A DNA stretch of 64,000 nt from Selaginella moellendorffii (Eukaryota > Plantae > Lycopodiophyta): positions 1,310,769 to 1,374,768 of the forward strand of contig NW_003314311.1 of assembly GCF_000143415.4 (NCBI RefSeq). The letters run 5' to 3'. The notes under the pieces are model-generated. The model saw only the letters and a program-made list of their open reading frames with translations, had not been told where the DNA came from and ran no database searches. Below, piece by piece: positions 46,466 to 60,055 of this stretch. Positions within the stretch are counted from its first letter, which is position 1. Each line of letters starts with the position of its first letter. A program made the position numbers and the translations under genes.

Positions 46466-47280
46466 TGTCGCGAATGTGACTTCGGGTATCGAAAGTTACC
46501 TGTCGGCTAGTCCTTACGGACACTCTTACCTTACTGCCACGATGGCAGGAGGTCGGTATTGCTGGACCCGTTATCAGTCTCCGCCTAAGCTAGTTGAGAA
46601 ACTGGTCCTCGCGTGTGCACTTGACCAGATGAGCATAAGGACGGAATTCCTACGTGCTATTTGTCAAGCATACTTGACCTGGTTAGAGAAACTCATTCGT
46701 TGACTTGCACTTGCTAGTGTTGCTTGTGGGGGGTTCCAAATGTATAGTAGGGATAGTGGGTAGGTTGGGCATGGCCAACCAACCTGAGGCATAGTCTAGC
46801 TCCCGCTTGCGTGCCTGTCCTTGTTCTGCGTCCGGCTTGGGTCTAAGCCCAAGTTCCATTCCATGCTAGTCGGTGGAGTACCCATATCCTCACGTTAGGC
46901 CACCGGTATACCGAAATAGTGCCAGACTCCGTTTGGCTCCGTTTTGCATGCTGGTTCTGGCATTGGGATGCTGGTTGCTCCAGGACTGTTCCAAGTCGCT
47001 CCAGGCTCCTGTCCCTTCGCTCCTTGGGCTTCATGCTCGGGAGTTGCTCCGTGGTTTGGTTCTGTCACTCCTCGGCTCTATGCTTGGGAGTTTGGCACCG
47101 TTCCTTCGTTCAGTGGCCCAAGGCCCTGAACCTCGGGTTCTTATGGACACGTGGCATGGACACATGGCATGTGACATGTGGCATCTGTCACGTGGCACAA
47201 AGAGGGTTTAGGTTCCGCTTCGTGGTGTTATCCTATGGTAAATCACCATGGGATAAAGGGTCAAAACCACGTGCGCTACA
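46466..47280 (+). repeat. 3' LTR (815 bp, internally deleted)
   Basis: Matches the 5' LTR but lacks ~31700-32032. Confidence 0.92.
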
Positions 47281-47285
47281 ACATA

Positions 47286-49513
47286 TATGTGTTAGATGAT
47301 GAAGTTATTAAATTCAATGACTTTCATTAGTTCCATTCTGGTAGCTTTTATTGATGAGTAGTGCAGAGGTTTCCATTTAGCCTCAAATTTGCTATTTTTC
47401 TTTTAGATCAGAAAAAAGTCCTTTTGGAGCTGATTTTGATGTGCAAAGGATAAATTAAAAAGATATGTCATAGCCGTTATAAGGCCTTGGTCTCCCTCAA
47501 GGGGAATAGCCTCATAGCATTTGGTTATATCTCCAGTACAGATTGTTATGATTTTATTGAGAAGACACAAATTCTTGTGTAGATCATAGGATCCAACACA
47601 TATTTGTTTTACCTCTAAAGAACTTAGCTTGTGCATAGAAATCATCAGCTATATTTTATAGTGCCTCCTATATCCCTTTTAGGATAGCCATTAGGCAAAT
47701 TGTGACTTCCTAAAACACACATCCATCCGCATTTGTTAACCATTGCATTTTGTTCTGATGCACTTTGTAGATTCCTATAAGGTATGGGAGGTCTAGTCAT
47801 TGAAGTAGGAATTCCTATAAAAGTGGGTTTTCGAGCAATTATTTCACAGTTGTCTTAGATATTTCAAGGACATTATAGTCTGAAACTACAAGTGAGAAGT
47901 CTTCATTGTTCATCCGCACAAATGCTTCACCCTAGGCTAATGCTTTGCAAAAGAACATGGACATATTGGCTACTTTATCAACCCTACTAATATATAAATG
48001 TTTATGTACCCATTCCAATTGCCATTGTGCCTTGAGGGTGGTCATCACATTTATGGACAAGGTAGTTTGGCATTTCTATAGTGCTAATCTAACTTAGTAA
48101 TTTATATGTTAATTAACAACAGGTTCATTGCTTGGTTAGTTTCAGATGTACACCTTTGGGATGATACTGGTTATGCAGTTCCAAGCATCACAGATTTCAG
48201 TAATAATTTTTGCCATCTTGAGTAGTGATGTGATTAAGACCTTTCTTGATGACAATTATGAGTGCTCTTGAGTGTAGCATGTGGTTTTCACTCTTTATCC
48301 TATGGTGATTTACTATAAAATAACCATGAAGCATAACTTAAACTGTCTATGTGCCATATATCATATGCTATATGCCATATGCCATGTGTCCAATGACAGC
48401 AGAGTGGAACCCGAGTTTCAAGGCCTTAGCCACTGAATGAAGGAACAAAGTTGAACTCCTAAACATAGAGCCAAGGAGCAAAGGTACTAGAGTATGGAGT
48501 GATTCTCAAATGTACAACTTAAGAATTGAAAGGACAAGAGCACAGAGAGACTTGGAATAATCCTAAAGCATTTAGCATCCTAATGCCAAAACCAACATGA
48601 AAAATGGAACCAAATGGGCTCTAGTGTTGTTTTAGCATACTAATGGCTTAATGCGAGAATATAGGTACTCTACTAACTAGTATAGTGTGGAATTTGGGCT
48701 TAGATTCAAGCCAAATGTAGAACAAAAACAGGCACACAAGTGGGAGTTAGACTATGCCTTAGGTTGGTCAGCTTTTCATAAATAGCCAATGGAACTAAAT
48801 AGGACCAACACAAGGGGCATGATAGCAAGGGTTTTTTTGTGGATACAATAAACTGTTATATAGCAAATATTGAGGGACCTAACTTAATATTGCGGGATTT
48901 CCAACACTAATAAGTGCAAGCTAACATATGAGTTTCTCCTATTGGGTCAAGTATACTCAGCAAAAAACACATAGGAGTTTCTACCTTATGTTTATCCGGC
49001 ATAAGTACATATATGATGACCAATTTCTCAATTACCTTAGATAGAGACTAATAAAGGGTTTAACAATATTGACCTTTTGCTATTGTGGCAGTAAGGATAT
49101 AATATCCAAAAGGACTCGCTAATAGATAATTTTTGATACTCACAATCATATTCACAATAGTGAACCAAGGACATTTGGATCCAGTATTCATATATAGTTA
49201 GTTTTATCAAAATAATTTACCTATAGCCATCATTTGCATTTGCATATTTGAGGCTTGAGGGTGTCACAATTACAGAAAACTTCCTTTGGTTTATAGAAGT
49301 CATGTTTGATTTAGGATTTGTACCCCCAACAAAATATGATGGGCTCAAGGAGATCAGAGTCTAGATTAATCAACTCCATACACTCCCTTATAAACGTTTA
49401 GATATTAATTTTTTATGGATATATTTAAGGTGTATGAATTTTTGTTTGCTCTCCATTCCTTCTTTGACCAGCTATTTCCTCCCAGCCAAATGATGGATGT
49501 AGAGTAGAGTACA
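47286..49513 (-). pseudogene. N-terminal and central part of the old PLE RT (split by the solo LTR)
   Basis: CTGDITKCYEAIPLEGDQGL etc.; resumes directly after the TSD; many stops. Confidence 0.85.
48273..49159 (-). mobile_element. Old solo LTR related to the 31443/46466 LTRs, inverted
   Basis: Begins tgtagcatgtggtttt (reverse complement of the LTR end) and ends ttttgatactcacaatcatattcacaata (reverse complement of the LTR start); flanks TTGAG/GTGAA match a single GTGAG in the intact RT (decayed 5-bp TSD). Confidence 0.8.
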
Positions 49514-49599
49514 TTGTGTGAGTAATCATGAGAACATTTTCATTAAATACCAATTATGGAAGAAAAGAATAGAAATTATTTATTGTTTTTTTCTTGCAC

Positions 49600-51085
49600 A
49601 CCTTCTATTTATTTGAGTTTGCATTAGCCTTAGATGTTTTGGAGATTAATGGTGGTGTGCTTATCTCTTGTGATGCCACCCCTATAGACATTTGTCCATC
49701 ATGGTAATCACATTTTTTATTCAGTGGTAAGCCTTGTGATTGTGCTGGTGTGCACTATAAAGATGGTGCAAGTGAGAAAGTGCCATTACTTTCACTATCA
49801 TCATGTCTTGAAGACATCAGAGACTTATACTGCTGGACTAGGATGAATTTGCATATATTCATTTTAGTCTGGCCATAAGGGATGAACTCCAAATCTGGGT
49901 TGGCTGGCTTTTTTGCCACCTCAATAGCAGCCACTTGCATCCATTCTCAGATTTGCAAAAAGTAGTTATTTGAAAGATCACCTATGGATTAGCAGTGAAG
50001 TAGGGACAGGAAGATGGTGAGTAGTCTGATGATGTCAAGCTTGAATCAGGCCAGTATTTGTCTAGATTATATACCAGAATAAGGAATTGAGCCAAACAAT
50101 TCCTTCTTCACATCCCTGTAGCCACAGCGGCAATATAGTTTGAACCTATTACGTTGATCATGCTGTGATAGGTTCTAGCTTTTTGTATTTAGCAAAGCAT
50201 CCCTATCACATCATCTATGGAAAGAAGCCTACTTAAAAACCTCATTCATAGTCTTTTGGAATGAGATAGTTGGCTTATAAACATAGTTCCCCAACATTGC
50301 ATGTCAGTATGACACTTTTAGTGTTTGTTTTGACCATTATATTGCATCTGGTCATAGTAAAGCTGCCACTTGGATCCAATCGGATGCGTCAAGGTGGGAT
50401 GTCCAACCTAAAGGATTTGTAAGCATCCAGAACTTATGTGGTTCTGGAAGGCAATGTGAGGTTGCATCAAGAACTCATGTAGTAACAAATAGGAACTTCC
50501 ATCCACTCAAGTTCTCCAATATGTCAAACATGATACAACCATTATCAATTTGGTCCATGTTTGCTCCCTCCAAAGTATTTGGCTACAATGGGATGAGTCC
50601 AGTCATGAGTGATTTTGCACTTTGGCTCAGAAACTCAAATCTATCATTTAGATCAATCTATGGTTTTCCAAGATCAATACCCTTTCCATACGAGCCTTTG
50701 TATGACTCAATTGTACTCTTGGGACCATTGGAGCATTTCCATGTAATTCTTGGTTTGGTAGAGGAAAAATTTAGAAGTTCTTTTTCCATATCTACAATCC
50801 TACATCATAGCAGAGCTTCGTTATCATTCACTTGATCAATACAGACCAAACAAGGTGCCACCATTCCTTGGTTTCAACCTAGAGGTATCTCTTATTCTCA
50901 CCAACTGCCTCCTGTTTCGGCACCGTAAGAAGTTTGTCCAGATCTTCTTCTCATATGCAAAGATCTCTTGCAAGTGGTCCGGTTTCTTTGTGGCTAGGAG
51001 CAATAGGAAGTACTGCACAGCTGGGATAGGAGCCATAAAATCATCAGTGTTTGCATACTCCATCATCTCAGGCAGCCAGAAATCC
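49600..51085 (-). pseudogene. Old PLE ORF1
   Basis: DFWLPEMMEYANTDDFMAPIPAVQYFLLLL.., MQVAAIEVAKKPANPDLEFIPYGQTKMNICKF; frameshifts. Confidence 0.85.
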
Positions 51086-51440
51086 TGAAAGAACCACACA
51101 TCAATTCATATCAAATTCAGCGGGAACGTGGAAGGAAATCATGAGACTTTTTGTATTGGTAGCCCCTATAATGGCTGTCCCTCATGAGTATTTTTGGTTA
51201 AGCAGATTGATTAGGCCATTTTCAGTACTTTCATTTGGGGCATAGGATCATCTATCTAGTAATCTAGTACCAATCACGACTAACACAATAGCCATTTCCT
51301 ATGTCACTTCCTACATTTTACAAGGATATATAATGCAGTCTCAATTAGCTCTATCTCTCTTTTTTTTTTTAAAGAACAAAGTTAGGATTCAAGAATGAAA
51401 TAAGACTTGCACAACTGAATGTACTGAAGTACATGTCCAG

Positions 51441-51760
51441 CATTGGAACATGGCCAAAGGAGTACTCAAGTATGTAAAGAGCACTTTAGATTTTGGCATT
51501 CAGTATGGTAAAATTTCTGAGCATGCTTTCAACCTTCAAGCATTTCCAGACAGCAATCTCAATGATGATAGGGACACCTCCAAATCAACCACAGGATTTT
51601 GCTATCTACTAGCTGGAGGAGCAGTCCAATGGAGTAGCAAGAAGCAACATCATGTTGCTCTCTCTTCCACAGAAGTAGAATACTTGGCTGCCTCAGCTAC
51701 ACAAAAAGAGGTTCTTTGGTTTCAAGACTTTCTTGTAGCACTTACTCAAATTCCATCGCT
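51441..51760 (+). mobile_element. Ty1/copia RT-RNase H remnant
   Basis: HWNMAKGVLKYVKST..AFPDSN..DRDTSKSTTGF..GGAVQWSSKKQHHVALSSTEVEYLA. Confidence 0.85.
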
Positions 51761-53049
51761 GTTAAGCATAATTTGTTCGCATGCAGTTTGTGTTGTAACT
51801 TATTCCTAGCCCATTTCTATCTGAATTCTCCCAGGCAGCTACTCAGATTCTTCACGACTCAAAAATCCCAGATTAATTAACGAGGAGCAGAGGATTTAGA
51901 CCGCAATTGCAGTCCTTGAAGAGAATGCTGTAACTGGAATAGCATAATTCTGCTACCCGTCTTCAATCTGAGATTCATAGAGATCGATTATCTGGTGCGA
52001 TCTCTAGCTAGTAGTAATTAATGGCGAGCACTTTCATATTAACAGAACAATGGAGGTCGATCGTCCACTGGAGGGTCCATGAGTCTACAGATGGAAAGGT
52101 TGAAGGCTGAAGAGCTAAAAAACAGAAGCACTAGCATCTGTGGCTGAGAGCTGGACTCGAAAAATGAGAAAAAGGAAAACAAGAGTACCTTGCTTGTGGG
52201 GTACTCTTGGCTCAGTGAACGCTTTGGATAAAGTGGAGGCGATGATTGAAGATGGACAACGTTAACGAGCTCCATTCATGTTTGAGCAGAGGAGATAACA
52301 ATGGCCTATACATAGCAGAAGTGGCCTGTACCTGCAAAGGCTGGCTTTGCATCCATAGCTTTGGCGTGCTTTAAAGACAGTAACGTCGAAGCTGGATTGA
52401 TGGAAGCGGAATAACTATTCGGCCTCAGCTGCTCCATCCTTGTTTCCAGCTGGAAATCTTGCAACATCGCTCCCAGGCAGTTCTTCGCCACCTTATGGAA
52501 TAATTGATCAATCTGAGTCTCGAGCTCAGCAGCAGCCTTCTTCCTCTAACATTGACGTCGGCAGCCCATTCAGATCTGAGGAGGCGCCCCGGAAGCGCAA
52601 ACACAAACAGAATGTGCGACTGACAACATATGAATCTCCGCCCTTGGATTTAACTCCGCAGGCAGCGGAGTTCCATCTCAGCTAGCATCCTCCTTTCTTC
52701 AAGCAGTTCCCGCTGATTCTGATGCTGAGGACAAATGTACGTTTCTGGACGCTCTGAAGAACAGCTAAAGCAATTTAGGCTACTACTTAGCAGCTTCAGA
52801 TCAGAAACCCACTTTACCGATTGCAGTTGTGTTGGTAGTACCTGAGATGCCGCACCACCGGAGAAACCGGCAAATAAAATAGGTCTTCAGGAGCCATGGA
52901 GATCGAGACACGGCTGCAGTAAGCTTCGTATGCCTATGCGAATACGGTGAAGGTGCCGTCTTCTTCAAAAGCTTTGACAGATGAAGCATGAAAGCAGCAC
53001 TGGCAAGGAATGGAGAGCCCGCCGTTATGAGAACGACAGGGCTCTGGCC

Positions 53050-53520
53050 GAAGGGAAAAATCTGCACTGCGAACTCGCTATGATGAAGAGGCGCTCATCG
53101 GCAATCTTCTGGTGCGGATGTATGGCTGCTGCGGGAGGCTCGAGGATGCTTGTAAGGCCTTCAACGAATCCTGCTGCTGGCATATGCCCAATATGGAGAT
53201 ATTGTGTGCCCAGTTTACAACACGGAATCTGATCTGGAACAGAATGCTTACAAGCTACTCCAAAAACAAGGTTATGTGCGCGAAGCCGAGATCTTGTTCG
53301 ACAAGATGCTATTTAAGAACACAATTTCGTGGGATGCAATGATAACTGCATTTGCCCAGAAGGAGCATTTTGAATAAGCCTTGAAGCTGTACAGGATCAG
53401 ATGGTACTCGACCCACAAGTGCCACATTTGTGAGGACTCTTGTACAAGTTTGCAGTGGAGCTGTTCTACAAGATGCCTGAATGAAACGCCTGAATGGAGT
53501 GTGGCATCATGGAACACCAG
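53050..53520 (+). pseudogene. PPR fragment
   Basis: GNLLVRMYGCCGRLEDACKAF..IWNRMLTSYSKN..SWDAMITAFAQKEH; frameshifts. Confidence 0.65.
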
Positions 53521-53711
53521 ATGCTACCAGTTGTCAAATCTACATGGTGAATCTTCTTCATGGGTGCTCGAGCATCCACAAGAGCTATTGTGAACTATAA
53601 ACTGGCTAAACTGGATGAATTTAAAAGCTGCGAACTAACACGGAGGAGAAGATTCATAGAGATGCTTGTACTAATTAATGGCTAGAAGTTACCACTAACT
53701 TACACTGCAAT

Positions 53712-56002
53712 TTAATATTTATAGACGCTGGACGAATATTGAATGTCGATCGTCCCGATAAGGATAGTTGCGGAAGATAGTTTTGGATCTACATAATAAG
53801 AGTTGCAATATAAGCTTGTACTATAATAAATATTTTCTAAGAAGTTGTGCAAGCGGATGATATATCGCTCAGGAAGCAGAAACACCACTCCCCAAAACCC
53901 AGCTGCGAAACCAACTGCCACACCAACACCAACAGCTAGACCATTATAAGATGATACACTTGAATGCTTGTCGACAGTCAGTGCTACTGGTGGTTTGGCT
54001 GCAGACGGAATGTGGCATGTGGTGTTGAGAGGAGGACCACATAACCCTGGGTTACCAGCGAAACTTGAGATGTCCAAAGTAGAAAACTGTCCTGTTGTTG
54101 GAATCGGCCCACTGAGATTGTTGTTCGACACATTGAAGTACGTGAGGAATGATAAACTTCCAAGCTGCTCTGGAATGCTACCCGTAAGTTGATTCATTTG
54201 AAGCTCGAGTATAATGAGTTGTGTTGCATTGGCAAGAGAAGCCGGAATAGTTCCACTCAGATTACTCCCACTCAGATATAGGTACTGCAAATACTTGAGA
54301 TCCCCAAGTTCTCTCGGAATGGAACCACTGAGCTGACTGTTGCCAGTGATATCTATCATCAACGGATAAGTGTTGACGCTCACTAATGTCAGTTGTCTCC
54401 CATCAGGAGTAGATATAAATCCAAACAAATCATCCATGTCTGGATCTCTCTCCAATAGGTGACTTGCAGGGTCGGTTTTAAAGCTGTTGAGATTCCCAAT
54501 CTCTGGAGGTATTCGTCCTGTAAAATTATTATGCAACAAGAGAAATTGGCGAAGATTTGTCAGGTTTCCAATCCAAGGGGGGATATGACCACTGAAACCG
54601 TTCCCCTGTCCTGAGAAAAACTGAAGCCAAGCCATGTTTTGCATACTACTCGGTAATGAGCCTGTGAATAAGTTCTGTCCTATGTCCAGTAACTTAAGGT
54701 GAACCAAGCTGCCTATGCTCCAAGGTAGACTTCCTTCGAATCTATTTTTGGGCAGAACCAATATTTTGAGGTTGCTCAGATTTCCAATGGATTCCGGAAG
54801 CCTGCCGCTGAATAAGTTTTCCTCTAGGAAAAGACTTCGCAATCTGCTGCAATTCGAAATATCTGGAGATAAAGTGCCTCTTAAATCGTTGTTGCCAAGG
54901 GCGAGTAGCTGTAGGTGCTTCAGCGAGAAAATAGCATCAGGAACACCACCAGAAAGCTTGTTGTCAGCCAAATCTAACACCTGGAGCTTTCCACAGGAAC
55001 CAATGGAGGGAGGAATTGCTCCTGTGAGGTTGTTTCCAGCTACCCCCATAAACTGAAGCTGAGTCAAGTTATGAAACATATCAGGAATGCTGCCACTGAA
55101 TTTGTTGCTGGCGAGCTTCAAGACTTGTAGACTCGTCAAATAAGCTAAGGACTTCGGAATGGTTCCTGTAATTTGATTCTGGTTCAATGCAAGGTACGTT
55201 AGACTGGGAAAGGCATGTTCCTTGAACTCTGGAAGCTGTGAAAAGTTGTTGTACCCAGCTTGTATTTGGACCAGTTTTCTCAATCGCTGCAGCTCAGTGG
55301 GGATGCCTCCTGAAAGATAATTCCGGTCCAGAATTAAGTTTACCAGCTGGCTGCAATTGGATAGAGTTTTTGGTACTTTAGAACTGAGTTCGTTGTTATC
55401 TAGCATGAGTGTTTGAAGCTTCATAAGATGTCCAATGTCTATGACAAAAACTCATAAGAAAAAAGGAAGATTTGATGCAGAAAGCACGCAAAAGTACCTG
55501 GGAGAATATGTCCGCTGAAATTGTTAGCTCCCAAATCAAGGTACTTGAGGTTTTTCATGATAGAAATGCTAGACGGTATGTTGCCAGCCAAAAAGTTGTC
55601 CCTGAATACAATGGTATGAATCTTGGAGGCCCTACATAAGCCATCATCATCAAAACTCAAATGACCAGTAAAATTGTTGTGTGACAGATCTAGGGACTCA
55701 AGTGCTTGCAATCTGCACCAGAATGGCCATAGGTGACCGCTCAAGCTTGCATTTGAGAGATTGATGCTTAATACACTGTTGTCACTGCTCCACTTGATTC
55801 CTCTCCAAGAAGAGAGATTTCCAGCATTGACCCAACTAGAGAGTGCATCTCCCCCTTGGTTCTTGAGGCTGCTCTTAAAGCAGAGCAATGTGGCTTCATC
55901 ACCTCCATATGTTCCCAAACAAGTTTTTGTGTCAGTGAATGCCACTTGCAGTGCACACAAGAGTGCCAGGAGCAAAAACCACAATAGCCAAAAGAGATTC
56001 AT
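53712..56002 (-). CDS. LRR receptor-like protein (signal peptide, LRRNT, LRRs with island, TM, short tail, no kinase); one intron at ~55440-55497
   Basis: MNLFWLLWFLLLALL..LSSW..SWRGIKW; LxxLxxLxLxxNxLxGxIP repeats; SFAGNPGLCGPPL; TM GLAVGVGVAVGFAAGFWGVVFLL; GT..AG joins ORFs 55439-56002 and 53712-55424. Confidence 0.85.
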
Positions 56003-56111
56003 GCTTTTGAAGGAACTGTTTTGAAACTGTAGTGAACTTGAAATTGGAATACTACTTCAGTCCCACCTTTTTATGGAGAATGAATTGGGACAATTCATCT
56101 CCATAAAAGGT

Positions 56112-56211
56112 NNNNNNNNNNNNNNNNNNNNNNNNNNNNNNNNNNNNNNNNNNNNNNNNNNNNNNNNNNNNNNNNNNNNNNNNNNNNNNNNNNNNNNNNN
56201 NNNNNNNNNNN
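56112..56211. other. Assembly gap (100 N)
   Basis: Run of n. Confidence 0.99.
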
Positions 56212-56589
56212 TTGATTATAATAAAATTTTGTATTATATGGAAATAGAATAGAACTGATGAATCATACCTTTAATTCTTGAGGCTACTTTCAAAATAGTT
56301 TAGATACATTGAATAGAGGTAGGCAATGTTAGAGAATTGCTATAGCAAGACCATGTTCAAAAATATTAATAACTTTATTATTTGTTGATTAATAATACCC
56401 CCTCCCACCCTTGTAAGCAACCAGAAGGAATAACTTGAGTGATAATCTATGAGGTTTAAATATAAAGGAAAAGGGTCTATGAATAAGAGTGCATCTTTTT
56501 TTTCCAATTAGTTAAGGGTTTTAGGATATTTGAGGTTAAATGTTCTTGGGTTTAAATAGTATTAAATTAAATGACCTCCCAAAAAGTCC

Positions 56590-57210
56590 AAATCTAAAAG
56601 TTTATCAGCCCCCCTAAAAAATGTCAATATCCTCATTATTTGTTGACTAGCAACAACCCCCCACCCACCTTTATTGACTATTGACTAATAACAACAACCC
56701 AACCCTCTCGGCCAAAATAAACGTCAATGTCTTCATTAATTATTAATTGACAATTCCTATTGACCTAGCTTACACTCACCCCCTTTCAAAAATGTCAATG
56801 TCCTCATTGACCATTGACTACCTACTTAGCTAGGTTAATCCCCGCCCCCCCTCAAAATGTCAATATCCTCATTGACTATTGAGGATTCCATTCCAAATAA
56901 AATCTATCAATCCTTCCATTGTGTAAACTAATTATTTTATTTTTGTACAAAATCTACTAATCTACATAAATATTCCATTTTCGCACAAAATTTACCAATC
57001 CTTCCAAGGGTATATTATATTTTTTAAGTAGCAACTAATCAAGAGGACTCCATTTCCAGACAAAATCTATCAATCCTTATGTTGTGTAAATTAACTATTT
57101 TATTTCTACACAAAATCTATCAATCTACACAATTATTCCATTTTCATATAAAATCTACCAATCCTTCCAAGGGTATATTATATTTTTTAAGTAGCCACTA
57201 ATCAATAAAA
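56590..57210. repeat. AT-rich short repeats (aatgtcaatatcctcatt x4; ~160-bp duplication), probable DNA-transposon subterminal repeats
   Basis: Motif recurs at ~56620, 56720, 56790, 56857; 56885-57045 resembles 57045-57205. Confidence 0.45.
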
Positions 57211-59129
57211 TTTAGATCCGTGTTATTTGCTCTAATACCATATGTAATACACCATATCTCTCTCCCTTTAAGCCAACTAAAAAAGAAGCAATTACTTAAT
57301 GAAAGAGCTTTTAATGACTATTTTATTTCCATTTATCCCCCAAGGTTCTAAGAATCTATAGTGATAATATATTTAAATTTTATCCCATGATTATATATGC
57401 TACATCTATGACCTACAATCAAGTCTTGCAATGCTTCACTGGAGGTCAAGGGAGTTGCAGAAGCAAAGGCATATAAATCAATTTAGTTAAGTGGTTAGAA
57501 TTTAGAATTGATATGTTTTATAATTGTTGAGAAGCAAGTGGTGTAAAATATCCTAGTAGGTACAGATCTATCTTTTTATACATACAAAGTAGTTTACAAA
57601 TATCATAATTAATAGTTTATAAGCTAGTGCAATTGGAAATAATAATATTCTGTGCTTGTGATTAGGAACACCAATTAGATCCAAGGTTGTATTATGCTCA
57701 ACATGACATATGTCCGAGAAGAACCATTACTTCATTTTACATTTTTTCTCATGTATAATTAAATGATGATTGTGAGTGTAAAGTTTTTGTGTTCAAGCAA
57801 GAAGATAGCATTAATCAGCATTGTTGATGCTTCAGAAGTTCAAAAGTTGTCAATAAAGTTGCAACTAGTAGAAAATAAAGAATGCAAAATTTTATAGAGT
57901 CAAGTATAAAAAAAGGGGGAAGAGCCAATTTAGGGCTAATTTAGTGGAGTTGCCTAACTCATGCATGCTATGCATAAATTGGGTTTACGTTAACATATAA
58001 TGCAAAGGGAAAAAAATTAAATTCTTATTATTATTATAAAGTAGAGGCACTTTCCCATTATACATTTTTACATGCTTGCAGAAAATATTAAAAGAAACTT
58101 CCTTTCCTACTATATACCTAAATTAAACATAAAAATAGTTAGTAAAGTAATTAAATTAAAAATAATAATTACCTTTTATGCCATATATACTCTTGAAAAT
58201 AACTCTTTTATAATTGTTTTCTTGTACTATGTCTTGGTAAAATTGTCTATATCAATTCAATTTAATTTCTATATACACTTGTAACTATATTAACAAAATG
58301 TTGAGAGTGATTTATCAAAGGATATTGATAGCCTAATTAATTTCACTATGCTATATTGTAACCTGCCCAATGATTATTATAAATTGTGATACCTAGTTTA
58401 ACATACTCCTACAAAATGTTAATTAAAGTTTCCTAATTACAATTTTCTATAGGAACTAAAATATACAATTTAAATTATATTTAATACCTCTAAATACCCA
58501 TTGACTATGTACTTGACGACCAATATTATACTTATGTTTACTAAACTTCACTTCATTAATCTCTATAATGTTACTAAGACCTTCAATCTTTTGATTTCTC
58601 CTTTTTAAACTTCTATACAAATATCTTGATAAAGATTGTACTAATATATGATTATTTGTGATCCCCTAATATTGCATTCAATTTGTGCTTGTACTATTAG
58701 CATTCTAATTGACCAACAATACATCACATGTATTATCTGTGTGAAGGTAAGGTTAAACTTTACAAACTATATACATGTTTATAAAGAATAAGTTTTATTA
58801 TAATGCCTATATATATTTTTACTTGATCCCATATCTTTACAACTTTTTCTATTTGTATGTAACCGTATTATTTGACCACAATGCACACATGGTCTTCTTT
58901 TTAATAAAAAACCAAAATCAACATACAACCAATAAGTATTTGTAAGTATAGATGTCTTCTCAAAAAACTCATGAAGAAAATAAACACTATCTTGAGCATC
59001 ATTTACATATTTCATTCAAAAAAAAAATGAAATTAAGGAGAAGAAAATCAAGAAAATGAACAAACATTATAATTGAAAGAGCATTTATATAGTTTGGCTT
59101 TAAACTTTGGCAAGCTTTAAAGACAGTAA

Positions 59130-59850
59130 GGCATGGTAGTTTCAACAATCATGGTTTCTGCACGTCCAAGAGGGGGCATCTGCAGCAATCCATCAAGATC
59201 TTCGACCAGATGCCCCTGAAGGATCCAACCGCTTGGAATGCCATCATCTGGGCGTATTCCCAAGCTTGGCATCACAAAGAAGCTCTTGAGCTGCTCCCTG
59301 TGATGTACGCAGCCAGATTCTGCGATTTTCAATGTGCTGCTTCAAGCCTGTGCAGCAATTACATCGCTACCGTCTGGGAAGAATTTGCAGTCCTACACAT
59401 CCTCCAGGATTAAAATTGAGCTCGATCCGATGCTCGGGAATGCGCTGGTGAACATGTACGGCAAGTGTGGAAGTCCTGAGGATGCAAGGACCGCGTGAAG
59501 AATGTGATGCTGTGGAGCTCGATGCTTGGGGCTTACTGCCACAGCGAGCAGGAATCCCAAGCTAGGGTTCTTCCGGTTGATGATCTTGCAGGGCATTTAA
59601 CCGGTTGAAGGTGTCCATGGCGGCCAGTATTTTACTTCAATCTCGAGCGATACATTTTGGTGCCTTCCGAGAAGCATTTCATCTGGGATCTTCTTGGGCG
59701 ATTGGGGATTGTGAATGATGCGGAGGTGCCCTAGGAACCGCAGACTGAAGCTTGGATCTCACTGCTTGGCGCATCCAAGTTCCATGGGGGCTTCGGTCGC
59801 TGCTGCAGCTTGCCATCGTGAATGCCGAAGTCGCAAATCACCAGAATTGG
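59130..59850 (+). pseudogene. PPR fragment
   Basis: IFDQMPLKDPTAWNAIIWAYSQAWHHKEALEL..GNALVNMYGKCGSPEDAR..WISLLGASK; stops and frameshifts. Confidence 0.7.
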
Positions 59851-60055
59851 AAGAATCTCGACTGAGAAGCCCATGACAGCCCTCATAGCAAGAGCCAGCA
59901 TTTGAAGAATCATGTTCGATTAGCATGCTAACATCCTTTTTCCTGCGTATGCCCACTACGGGCATCTGCAGCGATCACTGAAATTGCTTAGTACAAGCTT
60001 ATATTGTAATACTTATTAAAAATTATCTTCGATAACTATCCTTAATAACCATTAT

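Larger units (their letters stand above)
31443..47280 (+). mobile_element. Non-autonomous LTR retroelement (internal region non-coding, possibly copia-derived) carrying a 28S fragment and a nested PLE
   Basis: TG..CA LTRs 31443-32589 and 46466-47280; 5-bp TSD ACATA (31438-31442, 47281-47285); PBS TGGTATCAGAG after the 5' LTR; PPT AGGGGGGGAGAG before the 3' LTR; no long ORFs in 32590-34660 or 43990-46453. Confidence 0.92.
29561..51440 (-). mobile_element. Old, decayed Penelope-like retroelement (same family as 34741-43562), interrupted by the LTR element (31443-47285) and a solo LTR (48273-49159)
   Basis: Collinear with the young unit: 3' region 29575-30700, RT pieces 30707-31442 / 47286-48272 / 49160-49513, ORF1 ~49600-51085, then a repeated target-mimic/3' region 51190-51440 (pseudo-LTR). 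Confidence 0.85.
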
